Source: an uncultured delta proteobacterium (GTDB taxonomy: Bacteria > Desulfobacterota > Desulfobacteria > Desulfobacterales > JAHEIW01). Taken from it: a DNA stretch of 64,000 nucleotides. Position numbers and translations under genes: made by a program. The stretch is taken from NCBI GenBank assembly GCA_963706575.1, contig CAVPNL010000002.1:32001-96000 (forward strand), in the 5' to 3' direction. Shown in pieces: positions 45,969-54,196 of the stretch (positions are counted from its first letter, which is position 1; every line of letters starts with the position of its first letter). Below the pieces are notes generated by a model. The model did not search any database. It had not been told where the DNA came from and worked only from the letters and a program-made list of their open reading frames with translations.

Positions 45969-46382
45969 TCAGATCCTAAAGCCGGATATCAAATGAAAAA
46001 AAACGTAGTATAGGCCGCCTGCAATGCCGATCAGGCTCGCGATGAGCCAGACAATCCGGCGCCGGTTAGCCCGATGCTCTCTAATCGCTTCTTTTTCGTT
46101 TAAATACTCGATGGCGGTGTCAATAATGGTTTTGCGCAGGGCGAGGACCGAAGGTTTGCGGCAATGCGGGCATAATTCAAGGAAGTTGCCTAAATCTTTT
46201 GTTTCGTAATGGTAACGACTGACGTACTGCTGCGGGGTGCTGATGGTTTCATCGATTTTTTTCTTCGGCCGGCTTTCTAAAAGGATCAGGGACCTTTCCT
46301 CGCCGGCGATGCCGGGTTCAATATCTAATATGGTCATTTCCTCCTGATTTAATTTTTTTGCCTCCATTTTTCCCACCTTCAT
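45969..46382 (-). CDS. Hypothetical protein with CxxC and C-terminal TM
   Basis: CPHC; hydrophobic C-terminus. Confidence 0.65.
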   Translation of the reverse strand: MKVGKMEAKKLNQEEMTILDIEPGIAGEERSLILLESRPKKKIDETISTPQQYVSRYHYETKDLGNFLELCPHCRKPSVLALRKTIIDTAIEYLNEKEAIREHRANRRRIVWLIASLIGIAGGLYYVFFHLISGFRI

Positions 46383-46439
46383 TGTTGAAGTGTTTTTATC
46401 TCCTATGGGCGATTAAAAGCGCCTGGTTTGAATTATTAT

Positions 46440-46538
46440 TCACCACAGAGTCCGCAGAGCACACAGAGATAAAAAATTATAATTTCAACTCTTTTATTTC
46501 TGATTTCATTCTCTGTGCACTCTGTGTTCTCTGTGGTA
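46440..46538. repeat. Inverted CACAGAG nonamer array
   Basis: CCACAGAGTCCGCAGAGCACACAGAG...CTCTGTGCACTCTGTGTTCTCTGTGG. Confidence 0.75.
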
Positions 46539-46595
46539 AAAAATCCAGCATCCGTGTTTGAAGCTGAATTACCGAATTCCCCCGATTTTAAAATT

Positions 46596-46611
46596 TGCAG
46601 AAATCATGCCA
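46596..46611 (-). promoter_or_regulatory. Candidate sigma54 promoter
   Basis: Minus strand TGGCATGATTTCTGCA; dyad GTGAAATCGTTTTCAC upstream at ~46660-46675. Confidence 0.5.
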
Positions 46612-46906
46612 GATTCCCTAGCAGTTAAATCCATTGAAATCATAGATAGTTGCGCTTGGAGTGAAATCGTTTTCACAAGTCTGCCTGTGAATAAAAATAA
46701 ACAATAATGGGTAGGATTTTTCATATTTTTAAGGAGTTATATAGATTGCCATAAGAATAGATATTCTGATTTAAGATATTTCCACAGGTGCCGATAGTCT
46801 AATTCAGAGGCTGGGCGAAAGATCAGAGAGCCCCAAAAATCGAATTAATCGTTACCACTCGAATAACGGTTAGCAGTAAAAAAAAGTTGTCAAACAGGAG
46901 AACGCA

Positions 46907-48046
46907 ATGGCAATTCCTCAGCATCTTGAAGTCATCAAACAGGGGGTGGCGGCCTGGAATAACTGGCGCATCGACAACCCCGCTGAAGAACCCGACCTGG
47001 CCGGGGCCAACCTCAGCAAAACAGACCTCAAAGAAGCCAATTTAAGAGAAACCGATCTGAGGTGGTCGGATCTGACATGTGCAAACCTGAGCAGCGCTTT
47101 CCTCAACCGGGCAGACCTGCGGCGGGCAAATCTCAGTCAGGCAAATTTTAAGCTGGCAAATCTGAGCGAAGCCAATCTGAGCGAAACCTACCTCAGCGGC
47201 GCTGATTTGAGTGAAGCGGACCTTAAAAAGGCTTTTTTTATTCGATCGGATCTGGCCAACGTCAATCTCAGCAACTCGGATTGCCAGAGGGCAGATTTTA
47301 GATGGGCCTATCTGATCAAGGCGAGATTCAATGGCGCAAATCTCAGCGGTGCCAACCTGATCGAAGCCAATTTAACCAAGGCTGAATTAAAAAAGAGCAA
47401 CCTCAGCGAAGCATTTGTCGCCTGGAGTTGTTTCGGTGATAACGACTTGAGCCAAACCCATGGGCTTGATGCGGTTAAACATTTCGGGCCTTCTACAATC
47501 GGGATCGACACCATCTATCGCTCAAGGGGCAATATTCCTGAAGGATTCCTCAGAGGCGCCGGCGTACCGGAGCACTTTATATCATATACCCGGTATTTGA
47601 ACGAAAAAGCGTTTGCGCATAGCAGTTGCTTTATCAGTTTTTCCGGAAATGATCGCAATTTTGTCGAAAAAATCGGTGAAGACCTGCAACGTGAAGGGAT
47701 CCGTTGCTGGTATGCACCTGAAGAAATGAAGATGGGGGATGCGATCCGGCAGCAGGTCGATCAGCTGATTCGCATACAGGATAAGCTGCTGGTGGTATTG
47801 TCAAAATTTTCAGTCGAAAGCCCATGGATTCAAAAAGAGGTAGCGGCGGCATTAGCAGAAGAGCGCAATCGCAAACGAACTGTTCTATTTCCGTTACGTC
47901 TGGACAACGGCAGCATGGATGCGGAAAAAGATTGGCTGGCCAATCTTCAAAAAAACCGTCAAATTTATGATTTTAGCGCCTGGCAAAATTGGGAGGCGTA
48001 TTACACTCAATTTAACTGTCTGCTTGAAGATTTAAGAAAATCCTAA
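46907..48046 (+). CDS. Pentapeptide-repeat + C-terminal TIR domain protein
   Basis: About 30 A(D/N)Lxx repeats; CFISFS..D, CWYAPE, LSKFSVESPWIQKEV, LFPLRLD. Confidence 0.9.
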   Translation: MAIPQHLEVIKQGVAAWNNWRIDNPAEEPDLAGANLSKTDLKEANLRETDLRWSDLTCANLSSAFLNRADLRRANLSQANFKLANLSEANLSETYLSGADLSEADLKKAFFIRSDLANVNLSNSDCQRADFRWAYLIKARFNGANLSGANLIEANLTKAELKKSNLSEAFVAWSCFGDNDLSQTHGLDAVKHFGPSTIGIDTIYRSRGNIPEGFLRGAGVPEHFISYTRYLNEKAFAHSSCFISFSGNDRNFVEKIGEDLQREGIRCWYAPEEMKMGDAIRQQVDQLIRIQDKLLVVLSKFSVESPWIQKEVAAALAEERNRKRTVLFPLRLDNGSMDAEKDWLANLQKNRQIYDFSAWQNWEAYYTQFNCLLEDLRKS

Positions 48047-48054
48047 CAGGTGGC

Positions 48055-48131
48055 AAACAAGAAGCACAAGGAAGTATGGAAAGGCTGGAACACCTCCCGG
48101 CGCCTTACGGTAGCCGGCTTCCTTGCGCCGC
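48055..48131 (-). ncRNA. Candidate small structured RNA with 16S 3'-end complementarity
   Basis: Promoter upstream, 11-bp closing stem, GNRA hairpin, GGAGGUGUUCCAGCC, U-rich tail, no ORF. Confidence 0.55.
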
Positions 48132-48136
48132 TCTTT

Positions 48137-48163
48137 AGTATACCACATTGTGGCATATGTCAA
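48137..48163 (-). promoter_or_regulatory. Sigma70-type promoter (extended -10)
   Basis: TTGACA (48163-48158), TG-G-TATACT (48145-48137); spacer only 15 nt; palindrome CCACATTGTGG in the spacer. Confidence 0.55.
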
Positions 48164-48221
48164 GTTAAATCCGCAGAATCTAAACAGGATAAAATCAGTA
48201 TGGGATACGGGACAATGTCAA

Positions 48222-50021
48222 ATGGATGAAAAATCGCAAAATAAGCCTGAAACACAGACAGAGCCGGAATCATCCGGGCACATTGATTCCATTCCTGTTA
48301 CAAATGACATCGAACAAAATATTGAATCATTCGAGAATATTGAAAGCGAACCTGAAAGTATCGCTTCGGAAATGAAAGCGACACCTGATCATGCCATTGA
48401 CAATCCGGAAACAACCAGACCGCTCGATAAAGCGCATAAAGACACCGGGCAGGAGTCAGATTATCCGGAAACAGAACGCGCGCATGAAACCCTGCTATCG
48501 AGCTCAAACGATGACGACGATGTTGGAGCACCTGAAAAAGAAGACCTAAGCGGCACCGAAGGGGTTGATGATGATGGGGGAGGGGTGGGTACAACAGATG
48601 TGGTAAAAGCGGGAGTTGCCCAATCCGACCCTATCGCTAACGATGAAGTGGAAGAGATCCGGGAATCGTCGGAGGATAAAGTTGAAATCGAGGAAATAGA
48701 TGAAAAGCAGGAAAATAAAGGTGATTTCGAGGACGATGATCCGGCAGCCCAAACTCAAATCGAGCTAGAAACAGCCGACGCTGAAGAAAAAAAAGACAAT
48801 ATTGCGGAAGGAAAAACCATTCAAACGCCGGCAAGAAAAAGCTCAGTGTTTAAAGTGGCGGTATCGGCCATCTTAATTGTCGCTGCGTTTTCCGGTTTTT
48901 TCTTATTTGACAACAAGTCAAAAGTTAAGGCGACCTCTCAGCAGGCATTGAATACTTCAGAAAAGACGAAGATTTCTCCAAGCCGGCATAAAAAAACGGA
49001 GATCAGCAAACCGGCAACATCGAAAATCAGCAGCATTTATAACGCCAAAATTGAAGAAATAACCGCTCTCAGAGACAGATTGCTGCTTAAGCAAGAAGAA
49101 ATTATGCGTCTCAAAAAACGTTACCAGGATGGTGTAGAAGAACTGGAAAATGAGATTTCAGATGAGCTGCAAAAAAAAGAAAGCAACACCTTTCTGCAGG
49201 CCATGGATGACAAAGCCATTGCCTTTACGCTTCGCACCATTCAGCGCCGGCAGGCCTATATTCAACAGCTTGACGGTCCTGCAAGATGGATTCACCTGGC
49301 CTGCGAGGAGTTGCTGTATATCAAGCGGCGAACATTGATGGATCTTCAGGTAGCCGAGATTGCCGGTGGAATTGATATGAACAAACATGTGCGACTAATT
49401 AACGCCGCAGTTCGAAAATATCAGCCCACTGCGGACAAACTTGCCCCGGACATGACAAATGCGCAGCTGGAGCCGCTGGAAACCATATGGAACCGTATTC
49501 AAGATAAAATACAGCTGTATGCTTCAGTTCGGGCCCATTCCCAAAACCAGATCATTTCCGATCAGATTTGCACGGGAAATTTTAACCGTTTAAACGAGCT
49601 TTCCGAAATTTCGGCCGAAACCGCTAAATGTATCACAGAGATGCAGGCTTCAGATCTCTTTCTTAACAGGCTGGCCGAAATTTCACCCGCTGCCGCCAGG
49701 CAGTTGTTTCAATGGAAAGGAAGCTGGGTTTGTTTAAACGGTGTCAGAGCCCTTTCGCCGCGTGCTGCTCACTATCTCTTCCAGTGGGATGGCAATTGGA
49801 TATCTTTAAATGGTTTAACCGAATTCCCGGCTGAAATTGGCGAGACACTGTTGCATTGGAACGGCCGGCAGCTGGAGCTTATGGGTTTGCAGTACAGTGA
49901 AGATTATCCGGCAAGTATTGCCTTAGAATATCTTGCCCGGTGGGAACGTGACGGTGGAAAATTATTTGTGCCGCAAATCATTAGAAAAAAAATTGACGAG
50001 ATGCATAGAAATACAACCTAA
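48222..50021 (+). CDS. Single-pass membrane protein: acidic N-terminus, helical domain, LRR-like repeats
   Basis: E/D-rich first ~200 aa, TM VAVSAILIVAAFSGFFLF, 24-aa repeats LxLNGLxxxxxxxAxxLxxWxG. Confidence 0.78.
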   Translation: MDEKSQNKPETQTEPESSGHIDSIPVTNDIEQNIESFENIESEPESIASEMKATPDHAIDNPETTRPLDKAHKDTGQESDYPETERAHETLLSSSNDDDDVGAPEKEDLSGTEGVDDDGGGVGTTDVVKAGVAQSDPIANDEVEEIRESSEDKVEIEEIDEKQENKGDFEDDDPAAQTQIELETADAEEKKDNIAEGKTIQTPARKSSVFKVAVSAILIVAAFSGFFLFDNKSKVKATSQQALNTSEKTKISPSRHKKTEISKPATSKISSIYNAKIEEITALRDRLLLKQEEIMRLKKRYQDGVEELENEISDELQKKESNTFLQAMDDKAIAFTLRTIQRRQAYIQQLDGPARWIHLACEELLYIKRRTLMDLQVAEIAGGIDMNKHVRLINAAVRKYQPTADKLAPDMTNAQLEPLETIWNRIQDKIQLYASVRAHSQNQIISDQICTGNFNRLNELSEISAETAKCITEMQASDLFLNRLAEISPAAARQLFQWKGSWVCLNGVRALSPRAAHYLFQWDGNWISLNGLTEFPAEIGETLLHWNGRQLELMGLQYSEDYPASIALEYLARWERDGGKLFVPQIIRKKIDEMHRNTT

Positions 50022-50040
50022 TAAGCAAAGAGGAATTGAG

Positions 50041-50622
50041 ATGCTGAAACGAGTTTCCGGTATGGTTATTATGTCAATTCTGGCGCTGTTATTATCATTA
50101 AATCTGGTGTCAGCCGGTAGCCCTAAGACCGGAGCTTTGGAGCAAAAAATATATGAAATTTCGTCTTTACGGGCAAAGATTATTGACAAAATCGATCAGG
50201 CCTTTGAGATGCGGACTCGTCTGGAACATCAACTGGCTGACCTGCAAGACGAAATCCGATCCGAGCAGATCCGTGCCGAAATTTATACCCATCAGGAAGC
50301 TTTGCAAAATTTACGAATCCGCTACAATCTCAGTTTAATTCAGGTTTTAAGGGCTTATATAAACCGACTTAATGAACGAATTGCTTATTTCCAAAATGGC
50401 AATGAACACTTAAGATTTTTTGCTCATCAGATTAAAGACGATATTGCCATAATTAATACCTTGAAAGACATGGAAATTGATAATTTAACTGACCGCATCA
50501 ACCGTGTTTTGGATGAATTTATCCCCGAGACGAAAAAAAAGATTTTTAATGTGAGCAGTGTCCGGATGCTGCCCATCGAACGCGTCTGGGACGAAACAAC
50601 CATGGAGTTTCAGTTGAACTAG
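50041..50622 (+). CDS. Exported helical protein, paralogous to the central domain of the upstream gene
   Basis: GAGG RBS, signal peptide, gapless alignment to 49047-49490. Confidence 0.78.
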   Translation: MLKRVSGMVIMSILALLLSLNLVSAGSPKTGALEQKIYEISSLRAKIIDKIDQAFEMRTRLEHQLADLQDEIRSEQIRAEIYTHQEALQNLRIRYNLSLIQVLRAYINRLNERIAYFQNGNEHLRFFAHQIKDDIAIINTLKDMEIDNLTDRINRVLDEFIPETKKKIFNVSSVRMLPIERVWDETTMEFQLN

Positions 50623-50710
50623 AAGTGGTTTCCAAACCTCAGATAAGGTTCCCCGCTTAGCGGGGCAACGCAGCCATTGGGCCTTAGATGGGGTTTTGAA
50701 ATCACTTCTA
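50620..50710 (+). mobile_element. Internally deleted hairpin element (91 bp)
   Basis: TAGAAGTGGTTTCCAAACC...GGTTTTGAAATCACTTCTA; core replaced by CCCCGCTTAGCGGGG. Confidence 0.78.
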
Positions 50711-50974
50711 ATAGCCTCTGCGAAACGATTCTGAGAATTGAAGCTTGCCGGCAGGTCACTTTGGGATTGAACTGGAGCAGTCCGAAGGAATTATAAGAGA
50801 ATATGGCCCGCTTAGAACAAAAATATAAAGTTATGACGCGTAAATATCATTATAAAATAACTATATATTCAGGCAGTTGTCTTGTATAATTTCCTAAATT
50901 AGGTTATGATAGAGGTAATGGCAAGTGATACGACAGCGCTTGAGAGGAAATCGTGATTTAAAAGGGCAAGCATT

Positions 50975-51376
50975 ATGAATAGATGTGCGCTAATCGCTTT
51001 TTATTTAACTGTGATTTTAATCTGTGCATCATGCTGGGGTCCTAAAATATCAATGGAGGAAGAAAAAGTCCTGGCCACGCTGGCCAATATTCAGGGAAAC
51101 CTGGAAACCAGCATTGACTATCAACAATATCTCGAGTTGCTGGGTCTGGCCAAAATTGAAATTGATATTTTAAAAAGGAGCGGTAAAAATAATACCTGTT
51201 TTATGGGTGCGGTCGATAAATGTTATTCATATTACTTCACCGGCGGAAAAGCCTGGAAACAAAAATTAGAAGCAACCGACGAGTCCCGCAAAAGCGATAT
51301 GGACCTGACCATGTCGGTTCTGCATTCTCAGGCCGCGCTAAGCATCCAGATGGCCAGTAATTGCTATAAAAATTAA
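50975..51376 (+). CDS. Hypothetical lipoprotein
   Basis: Hydrophobic N-terminus ending ICASC; 133 aa. Confidence 0.7.
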   Translation: MNRCALIAFYLTVILICASCWGPKISMEEEKVLATLANIQGNLETSIDYQQYLELLGLAKIEIDILKRSGKNNTCFMGAVDKCYSYYFTGGKAWKQKLEATDESRKSDMDLTMSVLHSQAALSIQMASNCYKN

Positions 51377-51448
51377 AACTGCTTAAACTTCTATTTTCTC
51401 TTCCTCATTCAACTTTTCAAAGAAATCAACCATAGCCTTATCTTTATC

Positions 51449-51571
51449 TAAAAATGCCTAAAATGACTAAAGTGAGCTAAAATGCCTAAAGTTGAGGAAT
51501 TCTACCCGTCGAGAGCCTCTGGGTCGAACGATCGTATTTTTAATTTTAGCTCATTTCTCCTTGATTTTAGG
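51449..51571. repeat. Inverted nonamer-array element, copy 3 (reverse orientation)
   Basis: AATGCCTAAAGTTGAGGAATT is the reverse complement of the copy 1 right junction. Confidence 0.7.
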
Positions 51572-51734
51572 ACGATTGCTTGGGGTCATCAAGTTGTTGC
51601 AAAAATTCCCTGAACCAGGGGGGATTTTCCCAAATAATATAGATAAGAAATATAGCAGTGAGGGGAAGAAAAAAAACGGCCAGGTCCACCAGAAGAATGA
51701 TAACGCAAATCAGGATCCGTTGTTTCTTACTCAT
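51567..51734 (-). CDS. Small membrane protein (55 aa), not in the ORF track
   Basis: MSKKQRILICVIILLVDLAVFFLPLTAIFLIYIIWENPPWFREFLQQLDDPKQSS; starts 8 bp after the upstream stop. Confidence 0.65.
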   Translation of the reverse strand: MSKKQRILICVIILLVDLAVFFLPLTAIFLIYIIWENPPWFREFLQQLDDPKQSS

Positions 51735-51741
51735 GGCTGTC

Positions 51742-52116
51742 TCACAAAAGTCCCTTATCTTTTAAGATTGACATGGATCTCTGACCGATGGTGGTGACCT
51801 GGGTTAGCGCCCGGGTAAGGTGATAACCGGCTTCGTGCGTCACACTGGAATTAATCATTACCATGGCGGTGTCAATGTTTTTTTCCACTTCTGTCCAGAG
51901 TTCATTGGGAGCGGATTTTCTGCAAATAAGGATTTCACTGCCGATCATGTCAACAGTGGCCTTTATTATTTTTTCGGCACCCGGCTTGTCTCCATCAGAG
52001 AGGGTTTTGTACATTTCAATCACCTGGGTTGTCCAAATCAACCCCGCTTTTATCTTTTCGCTTTGTGAAAATGTGGTAATGGCGTCCCGAATTTGCATAT
52101 AAGAAATTCCTTTCAA
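51742..52116 (-). CDS. Hypothetical protein
   Basis: Intact helical ORF (FSQSEKIKAGLIW...LKDKGLL). Confidence 0.7.
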   Translation of the reverse strand: MKGISYMQIRDAITTFSQSEKIKAGLIWTTQVIEMYKTLSDGDKPGAEKIIKATVDMIGSEILICRKSAPNELWTEVEKNIDTAMVMINSSVTHEAGYHLTRALTQVTTIGQRSMSILKDKGLL

Positions 52117-52175
52117 ATATTCAGCTATGATAATTTAAGCGGGAAAAGTTTTACGTTCCAACAGTGATTCAGCAA

Positions 52176-52318
52176 ATTCGATTGCGGATTTTAGATTGCG
52201 GCCTGCGACGAGCTCAGTCGAGTCGAATGCGGATTGTTTGACAATATGTTCTGATACAGAGAAGTAAAAGCGATACTTCTAAAAATCCGAAATCCGAAAT
52301 CTGCAATCCGAAATCTGC
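52176..52318. repeat. Inverted GATTGCG/AATCCGA heptamer array with short palindromic insert
   Basis: GATTGCG units interrupted by CCTGCGACGAGCTCAGTCGAGTC; right arm AATCCGAAATCCGAAATCTGCAATCCGAAATC. Confidence 0.7.
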
Positions 52319-52381
52319 CTAACGCCGGCACCTCAGCTGTAAAGCCCATGAGGATCAAAAATAAATTCGGGCCTGAAGACG

Positions 52382-53131
52382 CTACTTACGATTGATCATC
52401 GCTGCCATATAACCGGCACCAAAACCATTATCAATGTTGACGACGGCCACATTGGAACTGCAGCTGTTGAGCATGGCAAACAGGGCCGTCAGACCGCCGA
52501 GGCTGACACCATACCCCACGCTGGTCGGCACTGCAATCACCGGGCGGCTGACCATTCCCGCAACAACGCTGGGCAAGGCACCTTCCATTCCGGCAACAAC
52601 AATAAGCACGGATGCTTTATCAATGCTCTCTTTATGGCTAAACAGGCGATGAATGCCTGATACACCCACATCAAAAATGGTTTCTACCCGGTTCCCCATC
52701 GCTTTAGCTGTCAAATAGGCTTCTTCGGCAACCGGTATGTCCGATGTGCCGGCTGAAATGATACAAATGATCCCACGGCCGATGATTCGGGGTTTTTTAA
52801 GCTGCCACACAAGCATTCTGGCATCCGGGTGATAGACTGCATTCGGAAAGCGCGCTATAACTGCATCGGCTTTATTCTGTTCAAGTCGGGTAACCAGAAT
52901 AATGTTTTCTTGATCCTTCATTTTCTCCATGATGCCGATGACCTGATCGGCATTTTTCCCTTGCCCGAAAATTACTTCCGGAAACCCTTTGCGCAGAGAA
53001 CGGTGATGATCAACATGGGCGTATTCAATATCTTCGTAACCAATGTGACGCAATTTTACGGCAGCATCTTTAACCGGCAGCCGGCCATTTGCCACTGATT
53101 TTAATAGGGCAAGTAATGAATCGTTATCCAT
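52382..53131 (-). CDS. larB: Nickel-pincer cofactor biosynthesis protein LarB
   Basis: DHHR..RKGFPEVIFG.GK, AGTSDIPVAEEA, DVGVSG.HRL, AGMEGAL, NIDNGFGA. Confidence 0.92.
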   Translation of the reverse strand: MDNDSLLALLKSVANGRLPVKDAAVKLRHIGYEDIEYAHVDHHRSLRKGFPEVIFGQGKNADQVIGIMEKMKDQENIILVTRLEQNKADAVIARFPNAVYHPDARMLVWQLKKPRIIGRGIICIISAGTSDIPVAEEAYLTAKAMGNRVETIFDVGVSGIHRLFSHKESIDKASVLIVVAGMEGALPSVVAGMVSRPVIAVPTSVGYGVSLGGLTALFAMLNSCSSNVAVVNIDNGFGAGYMAAMINRK

Positions 53132-53132
53132 T

Positions 53133-54038
53133 CTATTCTTTGATTTCCTGTTCGACGATGTCACCGGATCCTGATGAAACCGATTGACCGCTCGATCTGG
53201 CTGAGTTCATCGGTGCCTGGAGGACTTTTTCGAGGTCTTTTATTTTTCTAAGTATGGATGCCAGCCGTTTGTCGATAGCCGATTTTGTTAGGTCCAGATC
53301 TCTTTGAAAATGCTTCCTGGCTTTGAGCAGTTCCAGCTGCAATGCGTCTTTATCCATCTTCCGGCCGGACAATGAAGACAAATCAGTTTGAATCGCATTC
53401 AGCTCTTTAGAGTGGGTGGCTGCCGACGCTTTTAGCGTTTTTTCGGTACTTGCAGAAAGCTGGGTCAAATTTGCAGAAAGTGTGGCCAGCTGTTGCTTCA
53501 GATCGTTGTTCTGGGTCTGCAGATCAGTTGTCACGGAGTTGATGGTTTTTAACTCCTGACGAAGCGGGTTTAAGGCGATATCGATTTTTGCAATGGCATC
53601 CTGTGCGTCTTTTTTGTCCGCCTTGGTCGCGTTTATTTTAGCGACGGTGTCTTCGGCCTGTTTCAGGTTGTCTTTCATGGACTTATCCACTTTTTCGAGG
53701 TCCGCCAGTTTCTGGGTTAACGCCACCTCCAGATCACCGTATTTTTCCGATAATTTGGTAAAATTTTCTTCCAGCTGGGAGGAAAGATTTTGAATTTCCA
53801 TGGCCCCGGTATCCTGGCTCTGGCTGACCCGGCCGGTGATGTCGCGGTAGGCAATGTAAAAAACAACCCCAATCAGAACCGGAATCAGAATCGATATAAT
53901 GGTTACCCGGTGGCTTAATTTCTCAACCCGTCGATCTTTGGCTTCTTCCTGGTAAATGGTTTGCTCAGAATCCGGCTCTTCATCACCATTTCCATCAAAT
54001 TTAAATGAGGAATACTGTTCGTCGTCAATCATGGTCAC
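53133..54038 (-). CDS. Membrane-anchored coiled-coil protein
   Basis: TM IISILIPVLIGVVFYIAY followed by ~200 aa of heptad-rich helix. Confidence 0.78.
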   Translation of the reverse strand: MTMIDDEQYSSFKFDGNGDEEPDSEQTIYQEEAKDRRVEKLSHRVTIISILIPVLIGVVFYIAYRDITGRVSQSQDTGAMEIQNLSSQLEENFTKLSEKYGDLEVALTQKLADLEKVDKSMKDNLKQAEDTVAKINATKADKKDAQDAIAKIDIALNPLRQELKTINSVTTDLQTQNNDLKQQLATLSANLTQLSASTEKTLKASAATHSKELNAIQTDLSSLSGRKMDKDALQLELLKARKHFQRDLDLTKSAIDKRLASILRKIKDLEKVLQAPMNSARSSGQSVSSGSGDIVEQEIKE

Positions 54039-54049
54039 TATCCTTTTCT

Positions 54050-54196
54050 TAGAAGTGGTTTCAAAACCTCAGATCAGGTTCAAGGGCAAGGCGTCAGGCC
54101 GATCGGGAAAGCGCAGCATACATGGGTATGTGAGCATTTACCGGAGGCCTGCAACGCAGCCATTGGGCCTTAGATGGGGTTTTGAAACCACTTCTA
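54050..54196 (+). mobile_element. Hairpin element, full copy overlapping the guaA stop
   Basis: TAGAAGTGGTTTCAAAACC...GGTTTTGAAACCACTTCTA. Confidence 0.87.

Noticed and set aside
48083..48097. 16S rRNA gene fragment
   Set aside because: Only 15 nt match, flanks are not collinear with 16S, and the promoter and G-U pairs point to the opposite strand
46907..50021. TIR gene + membrane LRR gene as a split Toll-like receptor operon
   Set aside because: They are 175 bp apart with an antisense promoter and structured RNA between them; adjacency is the only evidence
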